A stretch of DNA of 64,000 nt from positions 124,001 to 188,000 of the forward strand of contig CAXHJY010001173.1 in NCBI GenBank assembly GCA_964016885.1, given 5' to 3'. Positions 55,234-64,000 of the stretch are shown in pieces. Source of the stretch: Eledone cirrhosa. Taxonomy: Eukaryota. The notes beneath the pieces are model-generated. The model had not been told where the DNA came from, did not search any database, and saw only the letters and a list, made by a program, of their open reading frames with translations. The translations under genes were made by a program, and so were the position numbers. Numbering within the stretch: the first letter of the stretch is position 1; each line of letters opens with the position of its first letter.

Positions 55234-56491
55234 CAGGGGTTGGACAAAATAATGGAAACACCTAACATCATAGCATCATAATTTTGAAATATCTATAAAA
55301 CCATCAAAAGCTTGTTTATTTTTATGTTTTTTGATTTATTATTAGTGTTGCTTAATAAGTTTTGTTAAAATTGCTGTTTCTTTTCAGATATCATCAGAAA
55401 AAGGTAATTAAAATTCATTAAAATGACAGATCTATCGGACTTTCAAAGAGGTCAAATTGTTGGTGCTCGTATGGCAGGCGCTAGCGTAACAAAAACAACC
55501 GAAATGTTTGGTGTATCAAGAAGTACTGTCTCGAAAGTAATGACAGCCTTTGAGAAAGAGGGAAAAACCTCCTCATCGAAACAAATCTCCAGAAGAAAAC
55601 CAAAACTTTCAGATAGGGACCGTTGGACTCTTACGCGAATTGTTAGAAAGGATCACAAAAGTACAGCTCCCAAAATTACTGCAGAGCTTAATGACCACCT
55701 CGAGAACCCAGTTTCCACAAAAAAGCCGGATTTCACGGGAGGGCTGCAATCAGAAAACCACTACTTTCAAAAACAAACATTGCAAAGCATTTAGAGTGGA
55801 GTAAAAACCTACAGAATTGGTCCCTAGAGCAGTGGAAGAATGTTATTTTCTTGGACGAGTCATCCTTTACCATATTTCCGACCACCGGCCGAGTATACGT
55901 GTGGAGACGGCCAAAAGAAGTATTTGACCCAGACTGCCTTCTTCCAACTGTTACACATGGAGGAAGATCTGTGATGATCGGGGGGGGGGGGGCTATATCT
56001 TGGAAATCCGCCGGCCCAATGGTTTCCCTGCATGGCAGAATTAATAGTCAAGACTATTTAAGCATTTTATCTGATCAAATTCATCCTATGGTTGTGGAAC
56101 TGTTTCCGGAGAGAAACGCAATCTTTCAGGATGATAATGCACCAATTCACACAGCTAAAGTTGTTACTGAATGGCACGAGGAACATTCTAGTAAAGTTGA
56201 ACATCTTATCTGGCCACCTCAGTCCCCAGATCTCAATATTATTGAACATTTATGGTGCATTTTAGAAAAACAAGTAAGGAATCGATATCCTCCACCATCA
56301 TCACTACAAGAACTAGAGACTGTTTTAGCTGAAGAATGGACAAAAAATTCCTTTGGAAACAATTCAAACTTTGTACGAGTCCATACCTCGTAGAATTCAA
56401 ACTGTAATTACTGCCAAAGGCGGTCCTACCCCATATTAAAATAAATTTGTTTGAAATTTTAAGGTGTTACCATTATTTTGTCCAACCCCTG
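55234..56491 (+). mobile_element. Tc1-like DNA transposon, full length (1258 bp)
   Basis: TA flanks; 30-bp TIRs CAGGGGTTGGACAAAATAATGG(A/T)AACACCT with one mismatch. Confidence 0.96.
55423..56439 (+). pseudogene. Tc1-family transposase, DD36E spacing, frameshifted near 55720 and 56345
   Basis: N-terminal HTH region, AIRKPLL, IFLDES, FQDDNAPIH, WPPQSPDLNIIEHLW, GGPTPY-stop. Confidence 0.93.
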
Positions 56492-57494
56492 TATATTCCT
56501 ATGGCTTGGTTATGTAAGAACCTGGCGACATCATCAAGTCTGTATTGCATAATTTGTTAATCAATAAAGGAATTATTTGATTCAGGGATGGCCTGCAAAG
56601 TAGGTGTTATTGTTGCTACAAGCTCATCAATGCAAGGCATAGTGGATTTGGTTGGCACAACCAAGATGGCAACATTTATTCTGTTGTTATAGATACAACA
56701 ATGCCATTAATCTTCAGCATGTTGCGGGCGAAAAAATGCACCATATGAGTAATCTCCCCTTAATAGATAATGCAGTGTCAAGGGAAACAACTCATAAAAA
56801 TTACTAGCATGCTAAAGGTTATTGATAGCTACTCAGACTGCAGCAAGAGAGTTGAGGGACAACAGATTCTGTGTAAATATGTACTGGCCGAAATCAGTTA
56901 AGTGTGACAGTGGAGAAAATCAGATTAAACTAAGATATGTTCTATGGAAGTTAGGTTATACAAATCTATAAATTTATAAAACGTTTCAAAAAGTATAATC
57001 AAAGTTGTGTTGAATTTCGTATTAAATAAATGAAAAAATTTAATTATGAAAAGTGCATTATGTACAAAGTACATTAAGCAAAAGTTATAAATAAAAAAAA
57101 TGTAAATTAGGGGTAAATATAGATAAAATATAAATATGTATTATTTATAGCCAGTGTTTTGTTAAAAAAAATAGATCCAGTTCTAATTTATATGTGTGTG
57201 TTTGTATTGTGAAGGAAGGAGTGTGGTGTGGTGTTCTATACCAACAGACATAATGACTCCCCTAGTCTCTGCAAGGTCTGGAGAATGATATACAAGTACG
57301 GAGTATATTATTCATATATTGAAGAAGGGGAAATATTTAATTCCCATCATTCTAAGAATGGAGACAAATTAGAGCATCTTGTGAGTAACTCGGAAAGTCC
57401 TCAGATCGTTTGTTGGTGATGTAATGCATACCAGATAATTATTAATAGCAGTGAAACAAACCATCTTGGAGATATATATATATATATATATATA

Positions 57495-57674
57495 TAACGA
57501 AGGAAATGTGGTAAGGAACCAGGTGGACCATAACGCACCAAAGTACTCAATACTTAGGGTAGTAGAGTGGGTAATAGGAACCAGTAAGACCCCGACGGCT
57601 GAGCTCAAGCCGTTTCGACGGCTAATTCTGTCGAAACGGCTTGAGCTCAGCCATCGGAGTCTTACTGGTTCCTA
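57495..57674 (-). mobile_element. Family B fold-back element
   Basis: Reverse complement of the 8412-8640 layout; centre TTTCGACGGCTAATTCTGTCGAAA. Confidence 0.85.
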
Positions 57675-57746
57675 TATATATATATATATATATATACATA
57701 CACACACACAAACATATTTAAATATGTATATATATATATATATATA

Positions 57747-57939
57747 CAGTAGTGTGCAGGGGGAGGGGGGCATGGTGCTTTGGCCCTGGTCATCCTTTGG
57801 ATGGGGGCATCATTTGGGGGAAAAGAACTTAATAAATTTAATTAATTTATATTAAAATCGAATATAAGGCCTTATACTTGAGTCTTTGGGGCATATAATC
57901 AAGATTTGCCATGGGCATCACCAGAGCTCTGCTCGCCAC

Positions 57940-57941
<2 letters not shown>
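57747..57941. mobile_element. Possible small MITE
   Basis: Imperfect TIRs CAGTAGTGTGCAG / CTGCTCGCCACTA within (TA)n. Confidence 0.4.
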
Positions 57942-58006
<65 letters not shown>

Positions 58007-58029
58007 GTATATATGTATATATATATATA

Positions 58030-58218
58030 TGAGTAAGTAAGACCCCAACGGCTGAGCTCAAGCCGTTTCGACGGCTAATTCTGTACAGAATTAGCCGTCG
58101 AAACGGCTTGAGCTCAGCCGTCGGGTTCTTACTTACTCCTATTACCCACTCTACTACCCTAAGTATTGAGTACTTTGGTGCGTTATGGTCCACCTGGTTC
58201 CTTACCACTTTTCCCTCG

Positions 58219-58222
<4 letters not shown>
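58030..58222 (+). mobile_element. Family B fold-back element
   Basis: Palindrome centred on CTGTACAG plus the family B tail. Confidence 0.85.
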
Positions 58223-58256
<34 letters not shown>

Positions 58257-58375
58257 CCAAAGAGTAGTATGGTTCATTGATTACTCAACGAATACAATTT
58301 TACAATAGATTAGAAGCACTCAACAAACTGGAATTGAATGATCAAGGCCGTAGCAGTATGTCATATGTCAAATCA

Positions 58376-58445
58376 TATATTTTCTCTGATGAGGACGTAC
58401 TGAAAAAACAACACACTACCTTTGAAATATATATAATAAAGTATA
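58376..58445 (+). ncRNA. Family A hammerhead, stems partly decayed
   Basis: CTGATGA-GGACGTACTG...CACTACCTTT-GAAA-TATATA-TA-ATAAAGTATA. Confidence 0.6.
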
Positions 58446-58489
58446 TATTTTGATTATGAGAATATTTTTCATTTGTTAACATTTCGAAT

Positions 58490-58675
<186 letters not shown>

Positions 58676-58687
58676 ACAAACTCCTAC

Positions 58688-58832
58688 CTTTTTGATTGAT
58701 ACACAATGAATGTATCGCACTTATTTCTCAGCTATACACAGAGATATTTGTAAGATCCAATCAATATGTAAATCAGTAGAAAGTGCTGGAATTACTTACC
58801 TGTAAAGAGAAAAACAGAAGCATTCGTTAAAT
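58688..58832 (-). promoter_or_regulatory. Candidate recursive splice site with a 112-nt RS-exon
   Basis: Minus: TTTAAC (branch-like)..GCTTCTGTTTTTCTCTTTACAG|GTAAGT at 58800/58799; downstream donor AAG|GTAGGA at 58688/58687. Confidence 0.6.
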
Positions 58833-60669
58833 GTTTGAATAAAATATACATTTGAGAAAAAAATTAAACAAACAAAGATACTAAACTGAAAATATTTGTT
58901 ATCCTCATTTGCCATTAACCCTTTGAACAGACAGCCAATCATATGTAAAATTTCTAATGCACGTCATAGACACAAAAATAATTGAAAAAGAGACAGTTGT
59001 TAGTTAAATCTGTAAAAAATACAATAAGTATAGGAACTTAACAAAAATCATTGCCAAAGAACTTAAATTCAATAATGCTGAAAAACTATTGCTGATTATA
59101 TTTACAATCAGTAAGAGGGGGAAAAATATTAAAAAAGTTGTAAACAAACACTACATCCTTAGCTGCATCCAACAGATAAGATGGTGAAAGCATTGCCATG
59201 TGGAACAGCCAGCAGTACCCACTGCATCAGACATTACAACTTGCAAGGTTCTTTCTTCAGATGAGATGCCCTTCTTTCGAGTTGTCAGAGGAAAATAGTA
59301 TTTGGAAGACTGAGGATGACAGAGGGTGGCACCAAATTACCAAGTTGAAAGCAGTGAAACATGTTTTCTTTTGCTGATGCAGTTATATATATAATGATTT
59401 ACATAATAAATGACCACCTAGTATATGCTGTAAAGACATAGAAAACTTGCCAAACAAAGAATCAAGAAGACATTGAAGCTGTTGTAGACATGACAAATTT
59501 CCTAGTGTTGGAGCCATGATAAAATACATGTGGTAATGTGTATACATGTATGTAGGGCTCCCAGCCTTCCTCTAGGTGGAGGCTCCATTTGAGTACTGGT
59601 TAGTATATGACAACATGTCCAATCCTTGATAGAATGTAAAACAGATGTTAAATGGCGATGATATATATGCCTGCATATATAGATATATATGATATATATA
59701 TATATTTATAATATATATATAATATATATATATAATATATATATATATATAATATATATATATATATTTATAATGTATATATAATATATATATATATATA
59801 TTTATAATATATATATAATATATATATATTTATAATATATATATAATATATATATATATATAATATATATATATATATATAATATATATATATATAATAT
59901 ATGTTTTTTTTGTTTTTTTTAATAAAAAACTGCGATAATATTGCATTTTGCTGAACTCCTTACTGTAGAGTTTTTTTTTCAGAATGTTTTTGACTGTTGT
60001 TTCTTGTAAACAAACATTCGTCTCATTCTGACGTCAATAGCCATGTATTTCCTCATGTGCATTTTTCGTGATCACGCATGATGTTGGACTGGCCCGCTTT
60101 AAGATTCCCTTTTTGGCATATTAATCTGCGAGAATTCTGGTTATCGAGTTGAGCTCTGCTGATGATGAACTCCAACCGTGACCATCTCCGCTGAAAGTTT
60201 TCATGAAATAGTCTTACGACTATACAGAGCATTTGAAGTTTTTCCAAATTGAAGGATAGGTATCTTGAACTTTATTTCATCATGAGTTAAGGCTCTACTG
60301 ATTTTTCCCTGGATTTCAATAAATTCTGTGGATGAATTTATATCCTGATTCTGTTTAGGATGAGTTTAAATTATTTTTCCCACATCTTACGTTAACTATT
60401 TTTCTATAAACAGGTTCAGAATGGGGTGCCACTCCTTATGTTTAAGTTTCTCTTAAGCTAACAATGCCTAGATTTCAGGTCTCTATAAGATCTTAAGGGG
60501 TCAGTCATGGTTGATGGATTTAAAGAAAAAGCTAATTCTTTAAAGTTCGACTTAGAGTGACAATGGCCAGGAGAATTCTATAGACCAGTTCAAAATATTG
60601 AGTGCCTATCATACCATTATCTTCAAGTTTCTCTTAAGCTATATTCCAAATGTCAACAGACATATTAAC

Positions 60670-60687
60670 AAACACACACACTCACAC

Positions 60688-60720
<33 letters not shown>

Positions 60721-60731
60721 CATACACACAT

Positions 60732-60773
<42 letters not shown>

Positions 60774-60853
60774 ACTCATACATACATATACATACATACA
60801 CACATATATATATACACATATATATATGCATATATACATATATACATGTATGC

Positions 60854-60942
<89 letters not shown>

Positions 60943-61570
60943 CATATATACATATATACATGTATGCATATATACATATATATATATATATATAAATATA
61001 TATATATACATACACAGACATACACACATACTAACATACATACATATACACACATATATATATTTATATATACATACACATACATACATGTATACATACA
61101 CACACATATACACATATACACATATACACATATACATATATACACACATATACATACATATCCATACATAAATACATATATATATACGTATATATATACA
61201 CGCATATATATACATACACACATGTATACATAAATCTATACACACACATATACACATATATATATATACACATATATGTCTAGTGAAGGCGTGTGGCTGA
61301 GTGGTTAGAGAATTGGATTCGCAATCGTAAGGTTGTGAGTTCGATTCCTGGACCAGGCGATGCGTTATGTCCTTGAGCAAGACACTTTATTTCACGTTGC
61401 TCCTTCTACCTGGAGTTGCGACCGATAGATAGTATTAGCAATTGGAAAGACCAATGGAAACATTGTTTCCTCGGTCCGATTTGACGAAAGTCGATCGATT
61501 AAAAAATATGTCTATATATATATATATATATATAAATACACATATATATATATATACATACATACACACA

Positions 61571-61607
<37 letters not shown>

Positions 61608-61846
61608 CATATATATACATATACACACACATACATATACATACACACACATACATATATATATATACACACACACATATACATATACATACATATACAT
61701 ATATATACATATATATATATATATATAAACATACATATATATATACATATACATATATACATACATATACACATATATATATACATACACACACATACAT
61801 ACATGCATACATATACATACATATACACACACATACACACACATAT

Positions 61847-61877
<31 letters not shown>

Positions 61878-62696
61878 CATAGTTATGTAATAAACAACAT
61901 AAGGCAATTATTCCATTTACCAGTGGTTTCTTAAAAGCAAAAAATGTTGCTTTCAATCCTCAGAATGAAAAAATCCTGGTCTATGTATGTGTGGTCTATG
62001 TATATCCTGTTTATGTATGTGTGTATGGCTATGTATGTGTATGTGTATGCATGTATATATATATATTTATATTTATATATATATATATGTGTGTGTGGTT
62101 GTATATATGTATGTGTATGTATGGATGTGTTGATATTTATGTGCGTATGTATGTAAGTGTATATGTATGTGTATGTGTGTATTTATATACATGTGTATAT
62201 GTGAGTGTGTATGTATGAGTGTATGTATATATATATATATATATATATATGTAAATATGATAATAATGGAGCTGCGGCGCTGCAAATGGGTTACATATGA
62301 AAAAGTTTGTCCTCATCAGTGGCCTTCCAACCGTCGTAGGCATTTCGTCGCATGTGTGTGTATGTATGCTTTTTTGTGTGTGTGTGTGTGTGTGTTTGCG
62401 TGTGTAGTTTTATTTTATTTTTCCTTTCCTTCTTCCTTCTCCAGCCTCACTTTCATATAGATTGCATTTTTGTTTTTAAAATCCAAATTCAATAAACAGA
62501 CCAGGATTTTTTCATTCTGAGGATTGAAAGCAAAATCTTTTGCTTTTAAGAAACCACTGGTAAATGGAATAATTGCCTTATGTTGTTTATTACATAACTA
62601 TTAAGCTCTGTTGCCTACATAGAGCACTCTTTTTTCCTAGACTTTTCCGATGGAATTACTTCATATATATATATACATATACATATACATATATAC

Positions 62697-62748
<52 letters not shown>

Positions 62749-63087
62749 ATACACACACACATACACATATACATATATACATCATACGTATATGTATATA
62801 TATATATATATACATACATATATACATATATATACATATACGCACATATATACACATATCCACACATACACATATATATATATACACACATATACATATA
62901 TATATACACACATATATATACATATATATACACACATACACATACACATATATATATACATACACACACACATATATAATTATATACACATATATACAAA
63001 TATACACACATATATATACACATATACACACACATATATACACAAATATATACACATATACATACACATACATAAATAAACACATAT

Positions 63088-63152
<65 letters not shown>

Positions 63153-63296
63153 CATATATATACAGATACACTCACATACACACACATATAAATACATACA
63201 TATAAATACATACATATACACATACACACACACACATACAAATATATATATACACACACATACATACACACACATATACATATATATATATATAAA
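60670..63296. repeat. Mixed (TA)n/(CA)n microsatellite field
   Basis: Arrays at about 60670-61277, 61512-61880, 61983-62250 and 62662-63296. Confidence 0.95.
61879..62663. mobile_element. Inverted-repeat element with GCTC...GAGC tail
   Basis: Arms about 61879-61982 / 62498-62601; tail GCTCTGTTGCCTACATAGAGC..., then (TA)n. Confidence 0.7.
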
Positions 63297-63396
63297 TACT
63301 GTGTGCTTCTTGCTCATAATAATTTCTATACTTTTCATTTATATATATATATATATAATAAATAAATAACAAAGAACGCTTATAGCATATGCATAT

Positions 63397-63454
63397 CTTT
63401 ACTTGCTAACATTGTTTCATCCGCACTATAAGTGGGACTCATCAGAGCATAAAG
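63397..63454 (-). ncRNA. Type I minimal hammerhead, GUU site, family E-like architecture
   Basis: Minus: CTTTATGCT-CTGATGA-G-TCCCAC-TTATA-GTGCGGA-T-GAAA-C-AAT-G-TT-AGCAAGTAAAG. Confidence 0.78.
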
Positions 63455-63599
63455 GTTAATTACATACCATACAAGCAATAACAAATCCAAGACATTGAAG
63501 AATGAAAGGTAATAATAGACGATAGAGGATAAGAATAAAAATAAAAGTAAAAATAAAAATAAAAATAAAAATAAAAATAAAAATAAAAATAAGAGGTGC

Positions 63600-63880
63600 T
63601 ATCAGTCACAGTTGGGCGGGGTGCTGTCAACATATAGTTGCTTTAACATATGCTTGCTTTAACCTCACCTCGCTTGCTAATGCACGTGAATTCTTCTACC
63701 TCCTTCGATGCACCTCTCTCTGACCATTTGACTCCTGCCCGTGTGTGAACCGGTTTGTGATTACCCCACCGCTCAACTGTGTGAATGCACACCCATGACT
63801 TTCGAGTGAACTTTCGAGACTGCCCAACCTGGGACGCCTCCATTGCCTTGCAATGGTCAAGTGATACTGGTGACTGTGAC
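63600..63880 (-). pseudogene. Possible decayed PLE GIY-YIG end upstream of the 63397-63454 hammerhead
   Basis: CKAMEASQVGQSRK loosely resembles CxxCxxxYVGQT; position and orientation fit a PLE 3' end. Confidence 0.35.
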
Positions 63881-64000
63881 ACTTAGTGCCTTCGTGGGCC
63901 CCTGATGTTTTCAAGAAATATATTTTAAAAAATTGGTCAAGTGATACACATAACTGTGACATTTAGTGCCTTCGTGGGCCCCTGATATATTCAAGAGATA

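Noticed and set aside
60040-60600. Possible decayed non-LTR RT (SINHD-, GVHHQQSS-like peptides) on the minus strand
   Set aside because: Too fragmentary to call without a profile search.
62505-62545. CTGAGGA-TT-GAAA hammerhead-like core
   Set aside because: No stem II and no convincing stem I or III.

Overview
Eukaryotic, AT-rich, repeat-saturated DNA with no intact protein-coding gene that I can support. The SINE types and extreme (TA)n load suggest an octopod cephalopod (inference), probably inside a very long intron. Most long ORFs in the track are microsatellite or minisatellite artefacts. Recognisable elements are decayed Penelope-like retroelements (YRDD RT, several GIY-YIG fragments), RTE, CRE-like and I-group non-LTR fragments, a full-length frameshifted Tc1-like transposon with DD36E spacing, two tRNA-derived SINE families, piggyBac-type MITEs and many minisatellites born from TE segments. 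Headline observation: at least 7 mutually dissimilar families of short elements sit in (TA)n arrays. Many carry type I hammerhead ribozyme folds (about a dozen with intact cores), are often arranged as fold-back palindromes, and share an RCTC...GAGY stem shortly before the 3' end. One family also has a covarying double kink-turn (box C/D-like) hairpin directly upstream of its hammerhead core. A textbook recursive splice site (polyY-CAG|GTAAGT) lies on the minus strand at 58800/58799. All structures were folded by eye and repeat boundaries are approximate. Family letters A-F are my own labels.
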